Of a stretch of DNA of 64,000 nt, positions 37,951-50,138 are shown piece after piece. Position 1 is the stretch's first letter, and each line of letters begins with the position of its first letter. The notes beneath the pieces are model-generated. The model was not told the DNA's origin and did no database searches. It saw only the letters and a list, made by a program, of their open reading frames with translations. Position numbers and translations under genes: made by a program. Source of the DNA: Podarcis gaigeae (Eukaryota); NCBI GenBank assembly GCA_964106915.2, contig OZ066929.1. The stretch is one strand, 5' to 3'.

Positions 37951-39183
37951 TAGAGAATTTTCTTTGATGCTTCGTTGAGTATTTGCTGCTGCCATTGAAC
38001 TTTTGGCATCACTGAAGGAATGGCCCACTTAATGATTCCCTCTGCCTTTTTCTTCCATTGTGAATAATGAAGTCTTGCTCACAGCCTCAAGTTCCTTAGC
38101 AGCTCCCCTAAAGTCCCCTGTAAATGGATCCCCTCCCCCTCCCCACTAACTCAACTCTGATAAGTGGAAGAAGAAAGGGCCTGTTGAGCTGGATGTGCTT
38201 AAAAAAAAAAAGGTTCTGAGGAAATTAGTGGCAGGAAAAGGTCTTTCTTTATTTGGAATGAAATACTCCTTCAATTAAGAAGAGGCCAATAAATGAGGCA
38301 GGGTCACCAGAGCGCTTTTGCTTTGAGCAGAGTGACTTAAGTCTAGCTAGGTAGCAAAGAAAGGTAAGAGAGAAAGCAGATTTTTATCTTATTTTTTCAT
38401 GGCGAGATACAGACTTGATTATAAAAGCAGCAAGGGAGAGGAACTTTTTTTCCTTCCCTTTTTTAATTTAAAGAAGGCTAGGGATGATGGAGATCACATT
38501 CAATTCTAAGAGGAGGGAAAAAGAGAAAGAGAGAGAGAGAGAGGAGATGAGTATGAAATGAGGCTTAATTTTAATGAAGCAAAATTCTCCATTAAGTAAG
38601 AAAACAGTTGGCGGGGTGGGCAAGAGAGTGTGTATGAAATGGGGATGAACCTGACATGCTATTGTGCCTGAGAGGATTAATTTTACACCCCGTGATGGGT
38701 TGGAAGAAGGGAGGGAAAAGGTGGTGGATGTAGAGTAGAGGAATTTTTTATAAAGAGTTTTATGAAAATGGCAGCTAAGAGAGGAAAATCAGGGGGGGGG
38801 GGTTGGGGTGGTGGTGGTGGGGAATGGGACATTGTGGTTAAAGGCCCAGCAATGGAGATCAGAAAAAGTGCATGGAGGCTGAGAAGATCTATGTACACAT
38901 AGCTAATGTCTCCCCTGCCATTCCAGGTGTATAACAGATAGTTGATACTGTTATGGAAATCACCCTGGAGCAAGCCAACAGTAAAATACACTTAGGAAAT
39001 TGGAATTAACTCTTTATTAGCAAAAACAGGATCAGCATACGAGTGTCAGGCCTAATGAGCACAGCAACTCATCTCCAGCAGATCTTGCCCCCATGAAGCG
39101 GTTACTGAGACTGAAGGTCTCTGCATCCCCACAACTGCCTAAATCCCCTCCTCTCCAGGGTTTCCCCCAAGTAACCTGAGACT

Positions 39184-39638
39184 CGGGACTGGATTAAGAC
39201 CTTTAGAGGCCCTAAACACCACACACACTCACACAATAATAATAATAAACCATAAAATAAAACAAAATTTTATTTTTTGAAATGAAACAAATCCTACAGT
39301 AAGATGGAAAATAATGTTTATTTTTGTATACTTCCACTTTATATATGACAAATTTTCTCCTACATTTTCTAATTGCAAAGTCTTTGATCAGATCCTCAAA
39401 ACTGATCTTACGTAACATACCTGCTTCTAAACTTAGTAAAGGCATCCAGCCTGTCTTCTTGCATAATTGTTCTGTTGAGATTTTTTAATATACTTCAGCT
39501 AAGAAAATGAATGCTCAGTTGAGCAATTTTTGACCATTAATGGGGGAAAAATCTCACAATGGAAAATTTCTGTGGTTCCCTGCTTCCCTTGATGCCCTAA
39601 GCACCTGCTTATTTTGCTTAATGGTTAATCCAGTCTTG
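39184..39638 (-). mobile_element. hAT (Tip100-like) internal-deletion derivative nested in the LTR
   Basis: TIR CGGGACTGGATTAA / TTAATCCAGTCTTG; 8-bp TSD CTGAGACT / TTGAGACT. Confidence 0.88.
39345..39520 (-). pseudogene. hAT transposase C-terminal dimerisation domain remnant
   Basis: With two frameshifts reads EHSFS*LKYIK..RTIMQEDRLDA..LLSLEAGMLRKISFEDLIKDFAIRKCRRK, matching the hATC pattern ERSFSxLKxIK..RxxMxxxRL. Confidence 0.85.
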
Positions 39639-41972
39639 TTGAGACTGTGCCTGTGTGAAACTAACATCTCCTATGCCCTCTTCACACCTCTCCTAGTTCT
39701 GGGAGACCAGGGGGGAAGGGGAACTTGCTGCAGCAGGACAAGAAGACACTTGTGCCTTATCACCAGCCAGACTCACCTCTGCCTCTTGGCCTCCCTCCTC
39801 TCCTGCTTTAGTTTCTGCCGCTGATTCTGGACTTCTCCCTGCCACAGACTCCCCCACTCCCTAATCCATGTTACCTCTTCAGATTCCGACACCTCCTCCC
39901 AGTCTTCTCTCTCTTCTCCCATCACCAATCCCCTGGCTCTGAGTTTTCTTCCCCACCTGATTCCTCCCACCATTCCTCTGTGTCCAACCAGTTCGTGGCA
40001 TCTGGCTGTTGAGAAGCATATTTTTAAGTTGTTTTAAACTGTTTTTAATATCGTATAATATTGTGCTTTCATGTTAATGTTGTGTTTTAATTGTTGTAAC
40101 GCATTGTAGGGCGAAGAGTAGGTAAGAAATTGTAGTTGTTGTCATTGCCGTACTATCTCCCCTCCACATGCATTGAAAGAAGGTCTGAAAAAAGGGGAGA
40201 TAGATCCAAAACAAAGACTTCTCCAAATGACCTATTGCACATCTATCCTAATATGCTTCCACAAAGGTTACATGGAAGCCTTCATCCTGATCTGTTTGTT
40301 TGGAGTTTATGTCTTTCTATCCATGGATCATTAGCTCATACTTTTTATTGCATTCCCCCATCTCTTTCCAAACCACAAAAAGACTTCTTGTTGTGCCAGA
40401 GTGCTTTAATTGCACACGCTTAAATTTATGGTATGTGATTCAATCACTTTCACAGAATACTGACAGTGTGGGTGCACCTTAAAATCACTTATGGGATGAC
40501 TGAGAACATGCCTACCAAAGAATGGAGAATTATGGAAAGTCTCTCTGATATCTAGGAGGGAATGAGTTTATGGAGATGGAATCTAGGCTATGTGATTTAT
40601 AGAGGCCTCCCCCCCCCATAAAACCCCACACACACATTCACTTCAGTGACCCATGATCTGGCACTGACTGGAGCACCAGCCTCCTTCTACTTTCTGCTTG
40701 GCTCAGTCACACAGATGGCAAGGAACTATTGGCGAATGCTTTCACTTTGTTTCTTCTTCTGGTTCCTTCTGATCATTTGTCTGTGCTTCTTCTTCTTTTT
40801 TGGCAGCAGAGCATCAATGTGGCAATCTCCCACAAACAGACTGTTTGGGGGAAGGAAAAAAAAAACATTGTATAGCCCTCCCCAACCCCAGCCCTGATCT
40901 TGGCTGCTCAGAACAACTTCCATCGGCTACAAAATGTCAGGCAAAGCTCTGCTTTCCCTGGCCACGTGGTGCTCATCATTTGCTAAACCATGCAAGCTTA
41001 ATCCCCACACCCCCACAAGCAGTGCAGCAGCATGCATATTCTTTATGAATATAACATTAAGTAGGTGGTTTTTTTTTTTTTAAAAAAAAAACAACCACCC
41101 AAAAATCATATTTATGCAAAGGAAGCTGGAGCCAGAGACACATAAGTGACAATTTGCTGGTTTGCAATCTACAAGTAAACAACAGGATTCTTGAGAGAAG
41201 CAGGGAACAGGTGGGCCAAGTAAGGGAGGTGGGTGATGGCTTGGAGTGCTTTAGGATGGATTTGGCAGCCAATATGCCATTACTTCCCCTCCAGCTCCAT
41301 TCCAGTGGGAAGTTCAGGACAGGACTTTACAGCACTGGTCAGCTTCCCTGAAATGGGAAGTGGGTTCCGTGCTCAAATTGTAGGATACCAGATGGGGCTT
41401 GGCCCCCTTACCTTTGGCAAATGTTTACTTACGTAGATTTCTTTGAAATATTTATGATTATCATCACCACCATCGTTATTTCCTAGCACAAATACATTAT
41501 TTACAACAAATTAACCACAGCATATATATGAACAGATATATATGAACAGCATATACTGTAGAGCAATAGGTCTCGCCTATTCTGCTTAAGACATAACAAA
41601 GCACCAAATTTGTTCAAATTGTTCTTAAAACCTCACATTATCCTATTGTTCCAGAACATGCTCCATTTTCTGAAAAAACGTTACTCATTTGCCCTCTTTT
41701 GTTATTTTAGACCATTTCATCACATGTCCTAATTCAGTAGAAATTTAGATTTAGATGAATGCCTATTGAGATATGATGTATGTTGTGAAACTGACTAATA
41801 AAGGCTGGTTCTTAGCCTTTTATCTAGAGCACGGCAGTCCAGCCTCTCAGACCAAGTGGGCCACACTAATAATTTGACACAGAATGAGTAGGCCACACGC
41901 TAAAATTAAGTTTCCCTGCAATAAACTAAAACTTTCACAATATAGTTAATATTATTTAATATGTACAACCGC

Positions 41973-42221
41973 CAGTGGTTGCTGGTGCCCATAGGGATTG
42001 GTGGGGTGGAAGGCAGGGAGTCCGGGTGATGCCAGAGCTAAAGAGACAGCACCAATGAATTCTAGCTTTGTCCCCACCTTCTTCATCCTTTCTGAGTTCT
42101 ACAAGGGCCAAGACTAAGGAGGAGGAAGCTGACAGGCCATGCCACCTACTGCTCTGGTTGTTAAGTAAGAAGCCAGATGGGTGGGGGCTTCTTTCACCCT
42201 AATGGGCCAGCCTTCACCACT
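41973..42221 (+). mobile_element. hAT-type MITE (CAGTGG..GCTGGTG family)
   Basis: Homologous to 25230 and 55572. Confidence 0.6.
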
Positions 42222-42704
42222 TCGCTGCACATTTCTTTCATTTCTAGATTGGCAATTGAAAGGGAGAAGGCATCACCGCTTAAAGGGTTGATTACAGCCA
42301 GTTTCTGAATCCTATTTTACTGTCCCTGGAGGCTTAAGGTATCTTTGCAAAAGTCTGTTTTAATTACAGTGTACGTGTTGAGTTGACATTGCAGGAGTGG
42401 GCATGGCAGGAGAGCTATTGCAAGCCAAAGGGGTTCTTCAGCACACAGCTGCCTTTCGGTCTCAGTTCAGTAGATGAAGGAGAGGAGGTGGATCTGGATC
42501 CTCAGAGATTCAGGACTTTTTCTAGAGAAACGAAACCATGGCTTGGAGAAACAAGCAGAGGCCAATTGCTGGCGGCGGTGGGGGGCGGGGAGAGCAAACT
42601 GGGAAGATAATGTGGGAGTAAAGAGCGAAGAAGGGACCAAGCAGGTTTTTATTTCAACTTTTTTTGAGGAAAAATAAATAAATCCAGAAATCTGTATGAT
42701 TAAG

Positions 42705-42707
<3 letters not shown>

Positions 42708-42755
<48 letters not shown>
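42708..42755. repeat. (GA)n microsatellite
   Basis: Seen directly. Confidence 0.98.
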
Positions 42756-42758
<3 letters not shown>

Positions 42759-43124
42759 CGCTTTCTTTTCATGGTCTGCTGAAACCAGGCTGGCAAAGCA
42801 GAGCTGCTAAGATGACAATGGGAGGCTCCTTGTATTTAATTACTTCCAGCATGACTCTGTGGCTGAAAAATATAAAAATAAAAACACTCACTTGGGAGCT
42901 CCTACAGAGGGAAGACAAGAGGAGCAAATAGAGTGTAGCTGTACTTACAGTTCCATGTGCTAAATGGGTTGTGCGGTCCCTAAGCTAATGTGTTTGCTAA
43001 TGCCTCTCTTTTTGCTCTCTGCAACTGTGGGAAATGATGCAGTCTCAAATATTTGTGTACTGGGGATGCCCAGCACTGTTGACTAGGGGTCTCTGTGCTG
43101 AATATTCTCACTGGTGCCATAATA

Positions 43125-43280
43125 CAGAGGATAAGGTTATCAATGGCTACTAGCCATGGTGGCTGCACTATCTCTCCACTGTCAGATGCACTATGTCTCT
43201 GATACCAGTTGCTGGGAATTGCACGTGGGGGACACACCGTTGCACTCAGGCCATTTTGAGAACAGATGGGTCACTGGTTA
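43125..43280 (+). mobile_element. CR1-type 3' UTR fragment (second subfamily)
   Basis: GAGGATAAGG..ATCAATGGCTACTAGCCATG..ACCAGTTGCTGGGAA. Confidence 0.6.
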
Positions 43281-44165
43281 CACTTATTTATACCTAAGCA
43301 CAGGCTGCCAATTCTAAGTACTCTCCCCACTGCCCCACCAGAGGATAAGTTGATTCTGGACTTTAGGGAGTGGCTGATAAGGTTTTATTGCAGATTGAAG
43401 AAATACATCTGGCAGCAACTACTAGTAAAAAGGCACTTGGTACATGGAACCATCATCTCTTGTAAGCATGGTGATCTCCAACTTGTTCAGTTTTTGGAAA
43501 CTTCTGAAAACTTGTTTATTCACACAGGCCTCAGTGATACCTCTCATTGAGAACAGCTCTGATTACTGAATTTATGGCTCCATTTTAATTTGGAATTCTT
43601 ATTGTGTATTTTTTCTGGTTTTAAATAGTCTAGGGGGAGTCCCTGTTTCTGATTGCCCCCTTCCCCAGTAGCAGTATTCAGTCGTTGATTGTGCTTTGCT
43701 GTGTTAGGCTGCAGACTCAAGGTCAACGAAAAGCTGCACTATGCTACTCTGTCCAGCTTGCACACTTCAAAAACATGTTCTAATCCATTAGTCCAACCTG
43801 GGAAGAAAAATAAAATAATTTGATATTATTTTTGTTCCTCTTAATGCAGAGCATGACATTTGACACCCATTTTGCATTCCTTTCCAGATTTGTAACTGGG
43901 TCACTTGCCCCAACCTTCCTGCACTACTAGTAATGAGATCCTGTAGAAACACCATTGGGAATATTCCTTTCACAGAATACATTGCTCTTGGCTGAAACAT
44001 CTAGTGTGACTTCCTTTGGGGTGAAAACCAAAGGTTTTGATTCCACCCAATGGGAACCTAAAGGTGTCCTCATTTATTTACCAGATCAGCATGTTAAACA
44101 TGTGGGTTGCAAATGATACATAGATTGAATATTGTGAAGTAGACACTTGCATGATGACTTCTATA

Positions 44166-44676
44166 CAGTGGTCCCTTGTGTTACAGACACTTCAGGTTAC
44201 AGACTCTGCTAACCCAGAAATAGTACCTCGGGTTAAGAACTTTGCTTCATGATGAGAACAGAAATTGTGCTCTGGCGGCACGGCAGCAGCGGGAGGCCCA
44301 TTAGCTAAAGTTGTACCTCAGGTTAAGAACAGTTTCAGGTTAAGAACGGACCTCTAGAATGAATTAAGTTCTTAACCCTCCTTGGGTTATGTACTTAATT
44401 CATTCTGGAGGTCCGTTCTTAACTCACCTTGGGTTAAGTACTTAATTCATTCTGGAGGTCCATTCTTAACCTGAAACTGTTCTTAACCTGAAGCACCACT
44501 TTAGCTAATGGGGCCTCCGGCTGCCGCCACACCACTGCTATGCAATTTCTGTTCTCATCCTGAAGCAAAGTTCTTAACCCGAGGTACTATTTCTGGGTTA
44601 GCAGAGTCTGTAACCTGAAGTGTATGTAACCTGAAGCGTATGTAACCTGAAGCATATGTAACCCGACGTACCACTG
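44166..44676. mobile_element. Tail-to-tail inverted dimer of the Tigger-like MITE
   Basis: TA-flanked; each arm is the 56335 element lacking its right TIR tip; 47-bp-period duplication at the junction. Confidence 0.9.
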
Positions 44677-44879
44677 TATACACTTGGCTCTACATGCAGT
44701 AATTTAGCCTACATTTTTAACATGCCAATTTGAAAAAAAATGTTTGATTTGAACCTGGGTTCTGATTATTGACCTTGTTATCCAGTTTGAATTGCTAAAG
44801 CAGTGATCTCATTATTGCTTAAGGATAGTTCTCAGTACATACATGGCTTTCATTCTTTAATTTCTTACAACCTCGGTTA

Positions 44880-44993
44880 ATTAGACCTGTAGCCTCCAGA
44901 TGTTGCTGGACTCCAACTCTGTGGCCACCAGACAGGGTTGATGAGAGTTGTACTCCAGCAATATCTGGAAGGCCATAGGTTCCCCATCCTTGG
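44880..44993. mobile_element. hAT-type MITE (14786 family)
   Basis: CTCCAGATGTTGCTGGA..TCCAGCAATATCTGGA..GGTTCCCCATCCTTG. Confidence 0.7.
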
Positions 44994-46121
44994 TTTAAAA
45001 CAAACCATGGTTTAATGTGAACCAGTGAATTGCTGAAAAAGTACTGATGACATTCCTCCCTCATACTTGCTGCTGTACCACAGACAAAACCACCAGGAGT
45101 TCAGCTTGTCAGGTCATCCAAACCCAGGTTCATAGTTGGTTTCCTCCAAACACCAGCATGCTGCTTGTGTGACATTAAACCAAAGTCTGTGGTTATGTGT
45201 GAACCTGGCCACCCCATATCACTTATTGCCTGTGATAAGACTTTGTTATAGTAGAATGGACACTGGCCATTTTCCAGCAGTCTCTTATGTCTCGTTTGTG
45301 GAGGCTGCAGTTCCCCTCCCTTTTTATTCTGCCTGTTTACTTTCTTTCTTTTTTTGTTCTTCCATGTTTTTGAAGTGCACATTGCAAACCCTGTGGGGGT
45401 GGATGAAATCAACGAAACTCCCCGAGGGGCAGCAATTTGTTGGTTGTAATTATATTTTTGTTACTTGCAAATGAAATGCAAAAAAGAAAAACCAACACAA
45501 TTAAACCCATATTAATAGAAACAGATTGGCATAGCCACGGGGATGAGAGAGTGAGAGCATGTGTTTGTGTGTGCTAAGGTCCAATCCTAAAAGGCACTGA
45601 GCACTTCTAGTCTGCACAGTAAAACATGGGCTAGCAGAACTCCTTGCATCTTATGGGAAGGTTCTCAGGCCTGGGCAGGATAAGGCTTTAATTTGCAAAT
45701 CATCAAAGCCATCATTCTGCCAATCTATCAATTATCAACGCTTAGGCCTGCCACTGGGTAAATGAAAATAGGGACTGTGTACCAATTAATATCACCAGAG
45801 CCCCTGAAATTAGAGACAACATGCCTGATTTCTTTGGGCATGATAGAGGCCATGCAAAGTGGTATGATGGATCTGTGGCTGTTCACATTGGGTTCAGTTT
45901 CAAATCCCAAGCAGGTAAATGGTTCATAGGAAGAAGTCATGTGACTGAGTGGTTCTGCAACCGAGCGCATTCTGTGCCAAAATAATATAAATGATTTACC
46001 AAGGGAGCAGGTAAATCCTATTCATTTTCATTCTGTGTTTCCTCCAGAGTCAAAGATGAGACAGCAAGTCCTCCAGCATCTCAATTGGTGCAACCAGGCC
46101 CAACAGCTACTTGGCTCCTGA

Positions 46122-46490
46122 CTAGGAATGGGGAAATTAGTCCATGTCTTCTCTCTGCTAATTTCCCATAAGTTGTGTCAATTTCTCATGTGTTCGTTCA
46201 TAAGTCACTTCCACCCATTTCTCAGGGTGCTCTAATCACTGAGCCACAGCAAATGTCAAAATACAAATTTCATTCTAAAAAAAAACAACTTTCTTTAAAT
46301 CTGTACTTTTAACACAACGTATGCATTTCTAAATTTATTTTGCCTGAGAACCAAATGGCAAAGTTCAGGGAAGTGTGAAATCTGAAGGATATTTATGCTC
46401 TAATCCATATATCAGCCCAGAAGGTGTAAATTAGGTCAGTTTGCTTTTTTAAAAAAATGCAGACAAAATGGAATTTTCCTTCATTGCTAC
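46122..46490. mobile_element. AT-rich DNA transposon family copy, degraded
   Basis: TAGGAATGGGG start; right part homologous to 49395-49779. Confidence 0.45.
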
Positions 46491-46619
46491 ACCTACGCTC
46501 CCAGAACCGCCTTCGACAGCAACCACTTCAACTGACTTAAAGTAACAGTAACAGGTGGCCATCCAACCTCTGCTTCAAAACCTTCAACGGAAGAGAGTCC
46601 ACCGCTTTCTGAGGGAGCG

Positions 46620-47478
46620 TGGCTGACAGATCCCATAAAAATCACATTAAAGCAGCCATACATTATTTTTAACAAAACATGTTGAAAGCAGAGGGTTTTC
46701 GGTAGGTGCTCAAAAGACAAGAGACTGTGCCTGTCTAATATTCGAGGGGAGAGTATTCCAAAGAGAAGTAGACACAACACTAGAGACCCAATTCCTATAT
46801 TGTGCAGAAAATACTTCTGGGCAACACAGTTTAAGAAGGATGTTTACAAGCTGGAACATGTGCAGAGGGGGGCAGCCAAGATGATCAAGGGTCTGGAAAC
46901 TAAGCGGAGCTGAGTATGTTTAGCCTGGAAAAGAGGAGATATGATAGCCATCTTCAAATAGCTTAAGAGCTGTCACAGGGAGGAGGGAGCAAGCTTGTTT
47001 TCTCCTGCTCTGGAGGGTAGGACTCAAACCAATGGCTTCAGGTACAAGACTAAACATTCAGAAAAAAAAACTTTCTGACAGTAAGAGCTTTTCAGCAGTG
47101 GAACAGATTCCCACGAGAGGTGACGGACTCTCCTTCCTTGGAGGTTTTTAAACAGAGGTTGGATGGCCATCTGTCATGGATGCTTTAACTGAGATTCCTG
47201 CATTGCAGGGGGTTGGATGAGATGATCCTTGGGGTCCCTTCCAACTCTATAGCTCTATGATTTTATGATAAAGTGATGTCTTCAGGAGGCACAGGGATCA
47301 CATGGGCATATAGAGGGTGAGACAATCTTTCAGATACTGTGGTCCCAAGCTGTATTATAAGGCTTCATACACAAAAATCAACACTTTGAGCTTCACCCAG
47401 TAGTTTCAATGGAAGCCAATGGAATTCTTTCAACTTCAGAGTAACATGCTGAAGATATCCTAAGCCTATGAGCAGCAG
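46620..47478 (-). mobile_element. L2 LINE 3' region, split by a CR1 insertion
   Basis: L2-like GGGGAGAGTATTCCA before the CR1 and TCTTTCAGATACTGTGGTCCCAAGC..GGAAGCCAATG after it. Confidence 0.6.
46815..47268 (+). mobile_element. CR1 LINE 3' end
   Basis: Encodes FKKDVYKLEHVQRGAAKMIKGLETK..MFSLEKRR..DMIAIFK; ends CTCTATGATTTTATGA. Confidence 0.92.
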
Positions 47479-48604
47479 CATATCTAAATAAGTGGACATT
47501 TATAGATTTCCTGATTCACAAGGAAATGTGTTACTGAAGCCCCACAGAAGAGGCAGTGGGGCTGGGAACAGAATCTAACTATCCCCCTTTGCTGTTGTTG
47601 CAATTTTGCCTACTACAAGGGGTAAGATGGAAAGAGCAAAGGGGAGAGGAGCCATTCTTTGTTCACAGGCAAAGGCACTTAACAGCACAGCTGGTGCCCA
47701 AGTGCTTCATTGCATGGGAAGCCAAGACACGGAGACATTGCATAATAGATTTAAACATTCCTGGCATGAGATATATTTAAAGTGCATTCATACAGTACTT
47801 TTCGTAACAGCTGCCACCACAGTGCACCTGAGGACTCTAACCTGATCCTTAACACGAGTACTTAGTGCTTGATGCATATGTTTATTATTATATTTGTCAG
47901 CTAAATTGGAGTCAATAGGCAATCTGCATAAACATACAATGTGCAAAGAAAAAAAACGACTATTTACTATGCAGGAGCCCAAAGGAGACACAAAAATTTT
48001 AGATTTCTGCTTCTGGTGTAATTGGTATGAAAATACAGTGCCTGCCCTGAAAAGAGAAGATCCCATGCTGTGAAAATACCTTTCCTGGCCAGGCAGGGAC
48101 CAAATAATAGCAAATTATGAGTGCAAAAATATTTAGAACAAAAAAGAGAGTGAGAGAGAGAGAGAAGGAGAAGGAGAAAGGAAGAACAAAACCAAAGAGG
48201 AAGAAGAACGGGATTTTGCTTTATCTGAGCCAATCCACAGCTTGCAATCTTCAACAATTTGTCATTTTGAGCAGGCCACATGAGCTAGCTATGAATAAAA
48301 TCAGTCAATTTAACCCCCAAAATCAATGCTCTTTTGTAGAGCTGCTTAAAATCTAAGTGGAAGGGAAGACTTTGAAGCTGATTTCCACTAGTAAATGCAC
48401 CACTTATGGACTGTTTGATTTGAGCTGAAGTCTGCTCAGTTTCCCCAGTACCCAGCATCTGATGACTAATTAGCAAGTTGGGCGAAAATACCTAATTGAA
48501 GCAGGCTTTTTGTTTTATTTTAAGCATGAACATTATTGCTATAGCACCCACTAGAGTTGTAGCTAGAGTTTCTCCCACCAACAACTGTAAACTTTCTTCA
48601 GCGT

Positions 48605-48890
48605 AAAAATGCTGCAGATCAGATCAAAGGTCCGTCTAGTCCAACATCACGTTTCACACAGTGGCCAACCAGATAGATGCCCTTCGGAAATCCCTAATGC
48701 AACAGCCCCCTCACCCGTTCCTGCTCCCCAGTGCACAGTCTCTGAGCTGGAAGATTCCACTTAGCTTCCGTGTCTGGCAGCAGCTGATAGACAAATGTGC
48801 ACTCTGTTAGCCCACTTAATCCTTCTTCTTAAAGTAATTTGAGCTACTGGCCATGATAGCACCTTGTGACAGTGGATTCCATATGTGATG
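48605..48890 (-). mobile_element. CR1-type 3' region (second subfamily)
   Basis: Reverse complement of the 15325 family. Confidence 0.6.
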
Positions 48891-49394
48891 GAGAAGCTGT
48901 CCTGTGACTGTGAAGTCTTATTCTAATATTCAAGAGAGGATTAAACACATACACATTGGCTCCTCCTGGCTATGATTCATTTCTTCTATCGGCCTACAGT
49001 GCTTACACATTGCAGACAAATCTACACAGTGCTCTAATGGGCTGGAATTTTCTTTCTCCCTCTTGACAGGCATGTTTACATGGAGAAGTGACAGTGTATG
49101 TGCACTTAATTCTCCTCCTTATATTAGTCCCCCACACAGCAAGCTCCCTATGCAGAATTGTATGTTTACAACACAAAACTACATGGGAGGACAAAAAAGG
49201 GTTGCTGGTGAGAGAGGAGTTTCAGCAAATAATAATAATAAAAACTTAGTAGGAAAGCATTAACCCTCTTCGGTTTTTTTGTGAAATACCACACACTCTT
49301 GTCAAGTTTTTGTTTATAATATTGCTTGTGTCTCCTGTGATGTAAGTCAGGCTCTGCTGGTCCCCTGCCCTAATATTTTGTTGCTTGAAGGAAT

Positions 49395-49779
49395 GGACAA
49401 ATCTATTAATTTGTGGGTTGTTTGTAATTTTTGTTAAATCCTCAGGGAAATTTATCAGCATTTTACTATAAATTTATCCTAATAAAAATATTTCTGTATG
49501 CAGTTTTGACTCATATACACATATCTGCAAACAAATTTCCCCTGGTATAATGCATTTTGTATGTTGTTTTCATTGATGCATGTGTTTCTATGCACACTTT
49601 ACTCTGCCATATGCTTTTTTGGGGTGTATAACTCTTGGCTGGAGAACTGCATTGCAAAATTCTGAGAAGTGCAATTTTTAAAGGATGGGTGTGATTTGGT
49701 CCACATATTGCTTTGAAAAGCACAAGTTAGGTCAATTTGCATTTGAATATGAACTGAATTGAATTTCTTCATCAGCCTT
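49395..49779. mobile_element. AT-rich DNA transposon family copy
   Basis: CTTGGCTGGAGAACTGCATTGCAAAATT and other shared motifs. Confidence 0.6.
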
Positions 49780-50009
49780 AGTTACACTTAGATCTCAAGT
49801 GTGTGCAATGGTACCCAGTGGGTGATATTTTTCTTTGTGACAGTAGGACAGAGATTTTCATTGCTTAGCTCAGACTAAAGGAAGCTGCCATCTGGACATT
49901 CTTTAGAGCCAATCTACATGTACAAAACAGTTCTGTTCCCAAAATTTATCCTGAATCCCCCACTCAAACAATTCTCCATCAATCAATGAGAAAAGAAATT
50001 GCATTTGAG

Positions 50010-50138
50010 AAGTGCTGTGGGTTCTAGAAAATGTGGGTGCTGGAACTCACCATGAACGCCTCCCTTGTTCTCTTATAATGGCAATGGTACCCACCTGAGA
50101 GGTGCCAGAACTGAGTTCCTGTGGGAAAAAAAGCCCTG
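50010..50138 (-). mobile_element. hAT MITE (same family as 1678)
   Basis: Reverse complement of 1678-1806; TSD CATTTGAG / CGTTTGAG. Confidence 0.88.

Larger units (their letters stand above)
38949..40000 (-). mobile_element. Solo LTR (Gypsy/ERV-like; about 590 bp after removing the nested hAT)
   Basis: TG...CA ends; AATAAA about 65 nt from the 3' end on the minus strand; decayed acidic/basic frame in U3. No TSD visible. Confidence 0.65.

Noticed and set aside
38790-38830. G-quadruplex-capable G runs (also near 945 and 61640)
   Set aside because: Common low-complexity tracts with no supporting context.
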